A DNA stretch of 64,000 nt from the IMG/VR virus record IMGVR_UViG_2843860951_000002, positions 16,041 to 80,040 of that record; one strand, given 5' to 3'. Both the position numbers and the translations under genes were made by a program. This stretch comes from a virus. The notes below the pieces were generated by a model that was not told the DNA's origin, searched no databases, and was given only the letters and a program-made list of their open reading frames with translations. Shown piece by piece: positions 1-9,468 of the stretch. How positions within the stretch are numbered: position 1 is the first letter of the stretch; the number at the start of each line of letters is the position of its first letter.

Positions 1-3
1 CAC

Positions 4-819
4 TTACGCTGGTGGATTTGCAAAAGGGCGCAAGAACTCAATAGCTGATGGTTTCCACTTGAGTTGTTGCTGAGAACCTTTGCCGCCCTTCCGGGTGCTG
101 TCGAACATCTTCCCGAAAGCGAGGCCCTTTTCGGTCATGCTCCAATCACTCCCAGAAGATGAACACGGGGTATGCACTTGCAGATGGGCCTCCTCACAAA
201 GGATCTGATTTACACGCCGACCCGATAAACCAACCTGACGGCCAAGCTCCGTTGGCGTCAAATAGTTATCCTGGGTTGCGGCGGGAATGGCTGTGTATCC
301 CATCACCTCAAGCGGATTGATGCCGCAAAGCGCATGTGTCCCACGGGCTGCCATAAGCAGCTTCTGGTTTTCGTCCACGTTCGGCAGGAGAGCCACTACG
401 TTCATGCAGCGCGTGAAGGCAGTATCAAACGCAGGTTTGCGGATGCGTTTGGGTTTTGGGGAAGTATGAGCAATCTCACCGCGCTCATAAGCATCAAAGC
501 GATGGATAATCTCGATCGTAATATCAGTCGCTTCTGCTGTTTCAGATTTGGCCGTGATGAAGATCGCCTGCTTGCGGTTGAGGTAATATTCCGTGGCATC
601 CTGCCCGCGCTTGACTGTCCCCACCGTGGGGACAGTGCCCATTTGCTCCAAAGAAGGCAGGTGGCGCTTAATCAGTTCACGGATTTTTACCGGTTTTGCA
701 AATCCAAGACGTTTGCCCAGATCAATGTCCAAAATACGCAGTTCGCCATTCATGGGCTGCGGATTTATTTGAGATGTGCTATTAGCCGCGATAGCTGTTG
801 TCATGGTGGTTGTGCCCAT
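4..819 (-). CDS. Phage antirepressor-like protein
   Basis: N-terminal LRILDIDLGKRLGF..P.KIRELIKRH DNA-binding motif; C-terminal YLTPTELG..VNQIL..W.MTEKG resembles KilAC/ANT. Confidence 0.75.
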   Translation of the reverse strand: MGTTTMTTAIAANSTSQINPQPMNGELRILDIDLGKRLGFAKPVKIRELIKRHLPSLEQMGTVPTVGTVKRGQDATEYYLNRKQAIFITAKSETAEATDITIEIIHRFDAYERGEIAHTSPKPKRIRKPAFDTAFTRCMNVVALLPNVDENQKLLMAARGTHALCGINPLEVMGYTAIPAATQDNYLTPTELGRQVGLSGRRVNQILCEEAHLQVHTPCSSSGSDWSMTEKGLAFGKMFDSTRKGGKGSQQQLKWKPSAIEFLRPFANPPA

Positions 820-833
820 TTGATTTCAGTTAG

Positions 834-874
834 GGCCGGTTGGAAGTTGCCCCTTCCTTCCGGCCTGTTTTTTT
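834..874 (+). terminator. Hairpin plus T-run in the leader between the antirepressor and RHH genes
   Basis: GGCCGG-TT-GGAAG-TTGCC-CTTCC-TT-CCGGCC followed by TGTTTTTTTT. Confidence 0.5.
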
Positions 875-888
875 GGTAACCGATAAAT

Positions 889-1086
889 ATGAGCAAGTCA
901 ATAACTGGTAACCAGAAAAAGAGAGGTCGCCCGAAAACAGGGGAACGCTCTCATATCGCCGCCCGTGTTACGGATGATGAAGCGCAGGCCATTGACGCAT
1001 GGGCGGAAGCTAACGGCGTAACGCGGGCAGAGGCTATTCGCCGCCTGATTGCGAAGGGACTTTCTGCTACTAAAGGCCAGCAGTAA
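889..1086 (+). CDS. Ribbon-helix-helix (Arc/CopG-like) repressor
   Basis: 65 aa, KRGRPKTG..HIAARV..E..AIDAWA...GVTRAEAIRRLI; divergent from the antirepressor. Confidence 0.8.
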   Translation: MSKSITGNQKKRGRPKTGERSHIAARVTDDEAQAIDAWAEANGVTRAEAIRRLIAKGLSATKGQQ

Positions 1087-1154
1087 AAAGCCAACCAAAA
1101 GCGCATGACTAGCCAGACTCGGCCCTCAGTTGCCAAAATCCGGCAGGAGGAACC

Positions 1155-1781
1155 ATGCGATTCACTACCCTAAGCCTGCTCAGCCTGCTGTTGCCGAACA
1201 CCGCCATAGCGGGAACATCCACGGAGCGGGATGCCGTCGAAATATGCGCGTCATATGACCCGACAAGCCCGGAAGATTTTCAAAAAGAGTTTTCGTTTGG
1301 GGATATTTTGATCCCGGCAGGAACTGTGTTCGACGGTGCGTGGCATATGTTCAATGGTCTGAAAGACCCCGGTGACATGCAGCACATCGTAAACGATTCC
1401 GAAAATCATGGCGGTAAAATATGGCAGTCCATCAGTGACGCAGAAGAGAAAAGGCGCGAGGCGTATCTACGGACAGATCACGAAACAGGGCACCCACATC
1501 AAGCATTTATCACCGATGGCCAGATCAAGCTCAGCAAGCGCCACCCTTGTGGCAAGACAGCCGCCCACGTCATAGTATCCTCACAATGGGATTGGCATAC
1601 CCGCACGATCAGCGCATCTCCAGACCTGTATTATCAGGCATATGGCGTGGTTTCCGACGATAAGATCGACACCTCATTCGATGCCGAACCTATGCCGTTC
1701 CAATGGAACGCGCAGGCAGGAACCATAAATGCTGCGGTGATCAGGCCACTGAATATGGTTTATGAACTTCCGCCGGATTGA
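1155..1781 (+). CDS. Hypothetical exported protein (moron)
   Basis: AGGAGG RBS, signal-peptide-like N-terminus (LSLLSLLLPNTAIA), 208 aa. Confidence 0.65.
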   Translation: MRFTTLSLLSLLLPNTAIAGTSTERDAVEICASYDPTSPEDFQKEFSFGDILIPAGTVFDGAWHMFNGLKDPGDMQHIVNDSENHGGKIWQSISDAEEKRREAYLRTDHETGHPHQAFITDGQIKLSKRHPCGKTAAHVIVSSQWDWHTRTISASPDLYYQAYGVVSDDKIDTSFDAEPMPFQWNAQAGTINAAVIRPLNMVYELPPD

Positions 1782-2133
1782 TCTCTCATTTGGGGAGCAA
1801 AATTGGCAGATCAGCATCTCAAGACCACCTCAGAAAGCACGCTCTAATATTCCCAACCGTAGTAGGTGAAGCCCCTACCTACCATCTGGGCAACTGCTCG
1901 TAGTGGCATGCGCAGCCCCTCCGCAGTTTGCAGTATCCGCACCACCTCCGCCCGGCGCTTTGTAGCAGTATCCAAGTTGGACAGAGGGGATGAGGCTGAA
2001 TTCGGACGCGTCTTATTCCCCAAATCTGGGGAATCTATAACATGGGGATTTCCCATGTTTTGAACTTCTGAGGTGGCGCGGTTTTCGGGGTCACCCAGTT
2101 TCTCACATTCTGCATTTTTTCTACTCAAGCCTC

Positions 2134-2394
2134 GTGGGCCATGATAAGACTTTGATAATTCATTCTAACCAAGGAGAGGGAAAGATTATGCACAACCTGT
2201 TTTCAGCATGCGCGCGTGTTTTATCCTCTTTTGGTGATATGATGGCGTTTGCTGCTCCGGCTAAGAAATACCCCACGGTCAGCGCAGAAGAAATCAACGC
2301 CGCAGCATGGGGAGCTACCGGCCATGCCATGCGCCAAGCTATGAGAACTGTTGATGAGCAACTCACCTCAGAACAACGTCAACACCTCGTCTAA
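2134..2394 (+). CDS. Small hypothetical protein
   Basis: Overlaps the next gene; likely start at MHNLF (2188). Confidence 0.45.
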   Translation: MGHDKTLIIHSNQGEGKIMHNLFSACARVLSSFGDMMAFAAPAKKYPTVSAEEINAAAWGATGHAMRQAMRTVDEQLTSEQRQHLV

Positions 2395-2794
2395 CGCGCC
2401 GCATAGGCCCACGAATTATATCCCCCCGCATCAATCATCGCATCAGCCGCCGCAAATAGCGCTTGGCTTCCAGATACCGGCTCCACGCCCTGCATTGCCA
2501 AACGCAGAAGAGTTAGCTGCATTCGGAAAGATAGACGCATCTTTCCCTGAACGCCTGCTGGCCATGACTGAGCAGAATGCTGAAACTGAACGCACGGCCA
2601 AACTGCAAGCGCAGAAACTTCAGTGGCGCGAATCTATCATCAGCCGCCTTCTGGGTTTTACATTCTCTGTCGGGGCATTACTGACCATTCTGCTACTTGC
2701 ATGGTGGGGCGCATATTCTGTTGCGATAGCAGTAGCGGCGGCTATTGGCATCACCACATCCGCCATTGTCTGGCGGGAACGCTCCAAGAAATAA
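2351..2794 (+). CDS. DUF2335-like membrane protein
   Basis: LPNAEELAAF..ID..FPERLLAMTEQ motif followed by two TM helices. Confidence 0.7.
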   Translation: MMSNSPQNNVNTSSNAPHRPTNYIPPHQSSHQPPQIALGFQIPAPRPALPNAEELAAFGKIDASFPERLLAMTEQNAETERTAKLQAQKLQWRESIISRLLGFTFSVGALLTILLLAWWGAYSVAIAVAAAIGITTSAIVWRERSKK

Positions 2795-2851
2795 CTCCTG
2801 ACTCCCCAACCCCTCCCCGTACAGGCAAACTCTGCGGGAAGGGAGATTCGA

Positions 2852-3181
2852 ATGAAAAAATCGATATTTAAGCGGTTACTGGCTGGGGCTTTTGTTGCGT
2901 CATTATTCGCCACCCCAGCTCTCGCATTTGATCCATCAACATACCAAGGCCAGCAGACACAAACTGCGCCATACCAATACCAAGAGCCCGATGAAAACCA
3001 GCTAGAAGAACACCGCCGCTACAGAAACGTAGACGGTCGCACGATCCATTCCCCTGCGCACACTCGCAACGGGCAAGCCCCATCAGGAGCCACAGCAAAG
3101 TGCGGCGATGGCACGTTCAGCTTTAGCCAGCACCATCGGGGCACTTGTTCACGGCATGGGGGTGTGGATCAGTGGTTGTGA
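2852..3181 (+). CDS. DUF3761-like secreted protein
   Basis: Signal peptide; C-terminal ATAKCGDGTFSFSQHHRGTCSRHGGV. Confidence 0.8.
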   Translation: MKKSIFKRLLAGAFVASLFATPALAFDPSTYQGQQTQTAPYQYQEPDENQLEEHRRYRNVDGRTIHSPAHTRNGQAPSGATAKCGDGTFSFSQHHRGTCSRHGGVDQWL

Positions 3182-3197
3182 TAAGGCTTGAGCGATC

Positions 3198-4337
3198 CTA
3201 TTCTTGAATAGACATCCCCGCTTTTTCTGCCGCTAAACGCATAGCGCTTGTTATATCTAATTTTGGGTTTGCGTGACACTGAGCAAGGAACCCTATTAAA
3301 AGGCGGGGATAATCATTTCCAATTGTGTCAGCATCTATATGCGCAGAAAACATCAATGTCCCTAAAAACACATTATTATGGCTTGTGTCGGCGGGCGATA
3401 AATTTTTGTGCATATCTATGAATTTGATAAAGCTTTCGCATGAATCCGAAGATGAAATATCCGATGCAATCAGATTGCGTGCGTTAAAGTTAATCGGTGG
3501 CCGCCGCTTTTCGTCCGGCAAAATATAAGAAAAATCTCCAGACCTAATGCATCCACGAACCAAATCTGTGCCATTGTCGCTTTGCAAACAAGCTTCAGCA
3601 CTATTTACATCGTTTTTATTCTCAATGGTAGTTATGCCAATACGCCTCCCATCAATGGAATCCTGAGATAGCATATAAGTGCTTTTAGGTTGATATTGCC
3701 ATGATGAGGGCAAATGGTAGCGGTTGACCACAAATTTTCTTGCCGCTTCTTCTTGCTTTTTATTTAAACGCTCCAAAGCATTATCAGATAACCCCGTGGG
3801 GATGGCGTCAGCTAGTTCGTTAACATACTCATCATATACCATGAGAGGCCAAGGCGCGATTTCCGTGGCAGGGAAAACATCAAATCCGCTCCCTACCCGC
3901 TCTCCTTCTGGCCGCAGATCAAAATAAGCATCTGCAAGATTTTTATATTCTGTAGGTGCCCTATCCCCCCATGGATTATTTAAGAAAATCCTTACTTTCC
4001 CAGTAACGGCACCATTTTTTGTTGCTAAACGCGCAAGGTAAGCCGCTGTAGCCGCCCAGTCCTCCATGCGCCCACCATCTTCAATCATAACCGAAATTTG
4101 GGCGTCAGGAACGCTGGGATTCGTATAGTTACGTACTGCTTCAATAATCGTAAATGGCAAAACATTACCTGAAAAAACAAGCGGTCTCCCCTCTGTTTGC
4201 GGAGCCACTTGCTCGTTTTGGGGGCGTCCAAGCGAACTGGCGTGTTCATTTTTGTATTGATTATAAAAATAGAGACTTCCGACTGTAGTAATTGCAACTG
4301 CGGCAATTACCGTCCTCCACATAGATTTATCGTCCAT
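3198..4337 (-). CDS. Membrane-anchored hypothetical protein (AT-rich moron after the TMP gene)
   Basis: 379 aa ORF, single N-terminal TM (TVIAAVAITTVGSLYFY), AT-richer than flanking tail genes. Confidence 0.65.
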   Translation of the reverse strand: MDDKSMWRTVIAAVAITTVGSLYFYNQYKNEHASSLGRPQNEQVAPQTEGRPLVFSGNVLPFTIIEAVRNYTNPSVPDAQISVMIEDGGRMEDWAATAAYLARLATKNGAVTGKVRIFLNNPWGDRAPTEYKNLADAYFDLRPEGERVGSGFDVFPATEIAPWPLMVYDEYVNELADAIPTGLSDNALERLNKKQEEAARKFVVNRYHLPSSWQYQPKSTYMLSQDSIDGRRIGITTIENKNDVNSAEACLQSDNGTDLVRGCIRSGDFSYILPDEKRRPPINFNARNLIASDISSSDSCESFIKFIDMHKNLSPADTSHNNVFLGTLMFSAHIDADTIGNDYPRLLIGFLAQCHANPKLDITSAMRLAAEKAGMSIQE

Positions 4338-4390
4338 ATTACGCTCTTTTTTTTGCGTTCAAAGGACACTAATACCAAACCCTTGGGGAA

Positions 4391-4519
4391 CAATCATCAC
4401 CAGCCCGGAACACCCGGCACCCGTGGCGTTGAAAGTGGATCTGGCATAGCATTACTTGCCCGCATTTCGCGGTCATAATCCTTCCTAACCACACTTTGCA
4501 CATGCCCGGCGATCTGCTT
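4391..4519. repeat. 129-bp perfect direct repeat, copy 1 (3' end of helper TMP gene)
   Basis: Base-by-base identical to 21256-21384. Confidence 0.97.
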
Positions 4520-6718
4520 ACCATCTAGGTAAACAGATACATGCGTGTCACCTTCCTGAATTGTTGTAGGTTGATTGCGCATTTGCACTGGGGGCGTCCA
4601 TGCACCTGTCGGAGTTACATTTACCCTGCGAGCAATGTTATTGCTTTGGAGGTAACCTTCATTAATTGTATCTGCTGCAACACCGATAAGCCCCCCACCA
4701 AAAGCGCCGACAGCCGTGCCTAGCCCGGGAATGAAAGACCCCGCCGCAGCGCCTGTTGCTGCTCCTGTCGCACCAGACTCAATCAAGCGCCTAACCCAGC
4801 CCGGCAAGGTATCCATAACCTTCCCAATCATATTGCCGATACCTGTAACCACATTCAGCAACATATAAACATCATTGGCAAACATGCGGATATCGTCAGG
4901 ATGTTTCTCAGCGAAGTCTGCCATGCCGTTAAAGGTTTGGGTCAGCAGATTGATGGACTTCACAAACGGTCCCTGAGTAATACGGCCTATTGTAAACTCT
5001 AGACGTTCGAAGGAAGTATCCATCGCCAACTGGGCGGCTTTCGGACCTTTCGCCAGAGCATCAAGCGTTTTGGCTGCATCTGTGCGCCTTACTGCGGCAG
5101 CCTGCCGAGCAATATTCCCCTCTGCCCCGGTTGTCTCATTAGCCAAGCCCTGAATGTTCATGCGCTGGAGATATCCAATTAACTCAGGGTGTGTCCTAAG
5201 TAGAGGAGAGATATGCTTCGTAATCCATCCAATCGGATCTTCGGCAATCATTTGCTGATCGACAAACTGACCGTTGCGACCAACTAATCCGAACTTTTTC
5301 TGGCTAAAATACGCAAAATCTTTGTCTTTCATGCGGGTATGGTTGCCGAGAAATAAATCTTCAAAAGATTTAACGGCTGTAGAAGCGTTCGCTGGGTTCA
5401 CGTCGATAAAGTGCGCCATATTCAGCATCCCTTCATCAGACATACGCATTCCTGCCGCACCGGCTGACTTAGCGAATGTCAGAAAGTTCTGCCCGCGCAT
5501 GAACTGACGATTGGCAATAACCATAGCCAACGCTGTATTCGTACTTTTTTCTGCGCGATCGAGCGAAAACTGACCCGTCTTCTTATCGTAAAATCTGTTG
5601 GCGATATCTTGAGCTCGAATAAACGCAATGCTTTCCCGCATGGCGTCTTCCGGGCTCTTACCCAACAAAAGAAAAGATTTATCAACCCGGTTTAGAAGGC
5701 TGGCAATGTGTGGCGACTCTCCCATTTCGCCCCCAGACAATTCGTACGCTTCCTGTGCAATCCGGGCAGCATCATTAGGCGCAAGAAACGGGTTATCCTT
5801 CATGGATTGCTGCGCGATTGCCTGAATGGCCCCCATATTCTGCGCTGCCACAGGGTCACCACTCATCCCCCGGAATGTCTGGTCATACCCGGCGGCCTGA
5901 TCAAACCCACTGGCGGCAAAGTGCGCTACACTGTGAACGCCCTCGTAAGCTGCTAGAGGACCCACCCAATGCGGCAGACGTGCTGCGGCTGCTATGGTTG
6001 CGCCACGCTCGGCCATGTTTGCGGCAGGTGAGCCAGAAGGCGCGTTAGAAATCGGCTTCCACGGCCCGTAGGTCTGGTTCCCGCCCATCCACTTGCCATC
6101 CATACGCAAGTTTCCCGGATACGGGATAAGCGCGGTGCCCGGGACAGGCTCACTCTGCGTCCAGTTTGGCCGATAATCAGCAGGATTTTCAACGCGACGA
6201 AAGTTAGGGGTATTCCCCATACTATCGCCCTGCCCCGGCAGCGGAATAAGCGCAGTTCCGGTCTGTGGAGGTGGTAATAGCGGAACCGGAGCGCCCGGCA
6301 CATTCATAGCCGCAGCAGAATACGGAGAAACGTAAGAGCCCCCGGCATCTGTAATGGGAGTGGCTGATGGCGGAACGGGAGATGTCGCACGCGCGCGACC
6401 AGTCGGCACAGGGGATACGAAGGGCGCAAAGCCTCCAGCGCCCTCGCCAGATTGCGGAGCAACAGGCGCACGAAACTTAGTGGAAGCCGCAGCAATCGTG
6501 CGCGCTGCCCGTGCTGCACGCTCCATATCAGAGGCCATACCAGCGGTTAGTCGCCGCGCGCCGCCCAGAGACGAAACCATGTTGTTGAAGCCCATCTGGG
6601 CATCTTTCTGGGCGGTCGCCAGACGCTCCAGCGCGCGGATCATTTCGCCAACAGGGCCAACAACCTGCGTGGCATCAGCGACTAGCGAGACGCCGATTTT
6701 ATAGGCTTCAACAGTCAT
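4397..6718 (-). CDS. Tail tape measure protein (helper), 773 aa
   Basis: Long Ala/Gly-rich helical protein downstream of tube and chaperones; N-terminus M..EAYKIGVSLV; glycine-zipper TM region. Confidence 0.85.
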   Translation of the reverse strand: MTVEAYKIGVSLVADATQVVGPVGEMIRALERLATAQKDAQMGFNNMVSSLGGARRLTAGMASDMERAARAARTIAAASTKFRAPVAPQSGEGAGGFAPFVSPVPTGRARATSPVPPSATPITDAGGSYVSPYSAAAMNVPGAPVPLLPPPQTGTALIPLPGQGDSMGNTPNFRRVENPADYRPNWTQSEPVPGTALIPYPGNLRMDGKWMGGNQTYGPWKPISNAPSGSPAANMAERGATIAAAARLPHWVGPLAAYEGVHSVAHFAASGFDQAAGYDQTFRGMSGDPVAAQNMGAIQAIAQQSMKDNPFLAPNDAARIAQEAYELSGGEMGESPHIASLLNRVDKSFLLLGKSPEDAMRESIAFIRAQDIANRFYDKKTGQFSLDRAEKSTNTALAMVIANRQFMRGQNFLTFAKSAGAAGMRMSDEGMLNMAHFIDVNPANASTAVKSFEDLFLGNHTRMKDKDFAYFSQKKFGLVGRNGQFVDQQMIAEDPIGWITKHISPLLRTHPELIGYLQRMNIQGLANETTGAEGNIARQAAAVRRTDAAKTLDALAKGPKAAQLAMDTSFERLEFTIGRITQGPFVKSINLLTQTFNGMADFAEKHPDDIRMFANDVYMLLNVVTGIGNMIGKVMDTLPGWVRRLIESGATGAATGAAAGSFIPGLGTAVGAFGGGLIGVAADTINEGYLQSNNIARRVNVTPTGAWTPPVQMRNQPTTIQEGDTHVSVYLDGKQIAGHVQSVVRKDYDREMRASNAMPDPLSTPRVPGVPGW

Positions 6719-6861
6719 AATTCTTTCCTACTGGAGAGCATAGGTGGGCGTATCTGGGGAATGGTGACATTTGCCTCTAATCTCCCACTTATTCAAAATG
6801 CATGTTGACTCTACATTTTAACTTGCTTAACTTTGCAAGTTCGATTCAGAAAGGAACTTGC

Positions 6862-7866
6862 ATGTCGGAGTCTAAAAGAGCTGGGGGATTGGCGAGAAAG
6901 AAAGCTCTCACCCCATTGCAACGGAAACAAATCGCCCAAAAGGCTGGCCTTGCATCAGCAAAAATGAGATCAAAACCCCTTATAAAAGCAACGCATGGTA
7001 CGGCAGACCATCCACTTAAAATAGGGAATCTGGAAATACCGTGTTATGTCCTTGAGGATGGTACACGCGTCCTGACACAAGGGGGCGTGCTTAGCGCTAT
7101 GTCTCTACCAAACAAAGGGGGATCTGAAGGTAGAACTCGCCTTGCAAGATTCTTTGATGGTCAGGCGTTTGCACCTTACGTATCCGAAGATCTGGCCAAC
7201 AGCACTAATGATCCTATCCGGTTCAGAACTACATCAGGTGCGATTGCTTATGGCTTCCCGGCGGAAATGCTCGTGCATCTCTGTGAAGCTATTTTAAAAG
7301 CAAGAGATGCCGGACTATCAGATAGATATGCGCGTATAATCGCTCAAGCTGATATTATAATGCGCGGCTTGGCAACGACTGGTATCGTTGCATTAGTTGA
7401 TGAAGTCACAGGTTATCAACGCGATCGCCCGCGCGATGCTCTTGCAAAAATATTCGAAGCTTTCGTTAATAAAGAAATTCAAAGATGGATTCGTAGATTC
7501 CCTCCTGAATTTTACGAAAACTTATTTAGATTGCGCGGAATCCCATATTCCGTTGAGCAAGGGCAAAGGCGCCCCGCTTATTTTGGACATCTGACAAATG
7601 ATATAGTCTACAAAAGGTTGGCGCCAAATATTCTTGAAGAGCTGCAGCGCGTAAATCCTGTTGACCCCGATAAAGGGACAAGGAAAAGCACGCACCATCA
7701 ACGGCTGACAAACGATATAGGGATTAATGCGTTAAACTCTCATATAGGGTCAGTAGTTGCGCTTATGGCTATTACTCCCGATGGAGAGTATGATCAATTC
7801 ATAGAACTTCTGGATAAAGTTAAGCCAAGACTCAATGGGCATGACGCAGAAGACTTTCGAGATTAG
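6862..7866 (+). CDS. P63C-domain protein (moron, antisense within the tail operon)
   Basis: IPCYVLEDGTRVL, A.TGIVALVDEVTGYQ..R..DAL.KI.E.F..KE...W.R.FP.EFY, GHLTNDIVY.RLAP; start set at MSES (6862). Confidence 0.85.
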   Translation: MSESKRAGGLARKKALTPLQRKQIAQKAGLASAKMRSKPLIKATHGTADHPLKIGNLEIPCYVLEDGTRVLTQGGVLSAMSLPNKGGSEGRTRLARFFDGQAFAPYVSEDLANSTNDPIRFRTTSGAIAYGFPAEMLVHLCEAILKARDAGLSDRYARIIAQADIIMRGLATTGIVALVDEVTGYQRDRPRDALAKIFEAFVNKEIQRWIRRFPPEFYENLFRLRGIPYSVEQGQRRPAYFGHLTNDIVYKRLAPNILEELQRVNPVDPDKGTRKSTHHQRLTNDIGINALNSHIGSVVALMAITPDGEYDQFIELLDKVKPRLNGHDAEDFRD

Positions 7867-8038
7867 CACTGTACGAACATGTGTGTTTTTTAGTCAAAAT
7901 TGTGAAATACCATTATATATAAATGATACTTTCTATAGTACCAAACTGCGCAAGGAAGCTAATTCCGCCTCCCTGCACAGCGCCACGCGAATGTAACCCT
8001 GCTTTTCTTCGGACATCTTCACCCCGCATTAAACCGAC

Positions 8039-8545
8039 TCACTCATCCCCTTCCCTCTGGTTGGGGAGAGGTAGCCCACACATCGCACGAACAGCAAGCG
8101 CACCAATACGCCGTACGATCTTGTGCTCATTCCTAAAGGCCGCAACGGAAAGCTCTGGGCGTGGCGGCTGATAGTTTTTCTGCTCCATGCGGCCGAGTTC
8201 AAACACTACGGCCTTGATATCGTCAGAACCGATGGAAGCATGCACCACAGACCCGGCCTCGGATATACGCACGCCGTAGCTCTCACGCATATCGCCGGTT
8301 CGCAACCCCGGATCATCCGGCGTAAATCCCAACCTGATACGCTCATCTATGGTGCTGTCTGCCAGTGGAGCAGTTGGAAGGCCGGGTTCAGGCCCATCCA
8401 AGTAATGTCCGATCTGCTCTTTCGTGTCGCGTTCAATAAGGGTGGCGCCTTCTTCCACGCCACGATGAACGGCCACATCAACCGCAAGCCCCCTTGCCGC
8501 CAGATGGCTTATGAACCCCTCAATGGTCTTAAACTGCCGCGCCAT
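8039..8545 (-). CDS. HK97 gp10-like tail component
   Basis: PLADSTI..R...G...D.PGLRTG.MR.S, A...ELG....PPRP; homologous to satellite 23355-23816. Confidence 0.7.
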   Translation of the reverse strand: MARQFKTIEGFISHLAARGLAVDVAVHRGVEEGATLIERDTKEQIGHYLDGPEPGLPTAPLADSTIDERIRLGFTPDDPGLRTGDMRESYGVRISEAGSVVHASIGSDDIKAVVFELGRMEQKNYQPPRPELSVAAFRNEHKIVRRIGALAVRAMCGLPLPNQREGDE

Positions 8546-8723
8546 CTGGCACCTCAATGAACATCATGGCATCCCAATCGAACGTTTCTCCACGCATCTC
8601 GCGTAGAGCTACGCAGGCGGCCAACCTGCGCTTATCGCTCCATTTCCCGCAAACTTCCCACGGCACCCCATTCTGAACGAGAAACAGCATTTCCCTAAAA
8701 ATGGGGTGCTCGCTCAGTTTTTT
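8529..8723 (-). CDS. Tail chaperone -1 frameshift extension (gpGT-like), missing from the ORF track
   Basis: In-frame slippery heptamer A AAA AAC (8717-8723) just before the chaperone stop; -1 frame reads LSEHPIFREMLFLVQNGVPWEVCGKWSDKRRLAACVALREMRGETFDW..AV*. Confidence 0.8.
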   Translation of the reverse strand, partial: KKLSEHPIFREMLFLVQNGVPWEVCGKWSDKRRLAACVALREMRGETFDWDAMMFIEVPDGAAV

Positions 8724-9037
8724 ACTGCGGCCTTTTCATCGGCTGAACTGGCATCTTTCTTGCCGTAAAAAATCGGCATAAGCGCAGCTACGCCATCATT
8801 GCCGATATCGTTGGCCAGTTCCTTCACTTCGTCTTTCGTGATCGGCATCTGCACAGGCACACCATCAATAGCCGTCACAGAGCAGACCATCTGCGCATAC
8901 CCCAGCCACGCACCGGCAGACTGTGAACTCATGGCAGAGCCTGCAGCCTCAATCAGATCCAGCATACTGCCCGGATCAATTTCTTTCAGGGAAAGAGTTT
9001 TACCTGCTGCCGTTTTAACTTCTGCTGGAATGCTCAT
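8714..9037 (-). CDS. Tail assembly chaperone (gpG-like)
   Basis: 107 aa between tube and TMP, ends at a slippery site; homologous to 23994-24425. Confidence 0.8.
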   Translation of the reverse strand: MSIPAEVKTAAGKTLSLKEIDPGSMLDLIEAAGSAMSSQSAGAWLGYAQMVCSVTAIDGVPVQMPITKDEVKELANDIGNDGVAALMPIFYGKKDASSADEKAAVKN

Positions 9038-9465
9038 GAAATTTTAGTCCGAATTGGAGAGAAGAAGCTGAGGGTCTGGTAAACAATCCCCTCTTTTTGC
9101 CATGTGCCGCCCGCTGAAAGCGAAAGCCCTACCTGGCTGAACTGCCATTTGGACGTGCTGCCGTCTGGCTCGCTGATATACTGGTAAATGGTGCCGGAAT
9201 TGATCGTACCAGCAGACCAGAATCCTTCTTCAATGGCCGCAATCAAATCATCAACAGCGCGATTAGCACGGGCAATCGTAAAGCTTCCGCGCCAACCATT
9301 CGGTGTTGCAAATTCAATCGGCGTGCTGTTGAGCGGATCTGCACGCTGTGTTGTAGTTTCCTGATTGGCGGTAAAACCGGTCACGTCCCGCAGATCAATG
9401 CGGGTGCCTGCCCAAAGGAGGGTAAGCCGACAGTTCCGGCCAATGCTGTATGGGTTGGTAGCCAT
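9034..9465 (-). CDS. Tail tube protein
   Basis: 143 aa, beta-rich, directly after sheath (GW.GSFTI.R motif). Confidence 0.75.
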   Translation of the reverse strand: MATNPYSIGRNCRLTLLWAGTRIDLRDVTGFTANQETTTQRADPLNSTPIEFATPNGWRGSFTIARANRAVDDLIAAIEEGFWSAGTINSGTIYQYISEPDGSTSKWQFSQVGLSLSAGGTWQKEGIVYQTLSFFSPIRTKIS

Positions 9466-9468
9466 TTC

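Noticed and set aside
1844-2128. Minus-strand 94-aa ORF with an HTH-like stretch
   Set aside because: TTG start, no RBS and low-information sequence; possibly a remnant but not supportable.
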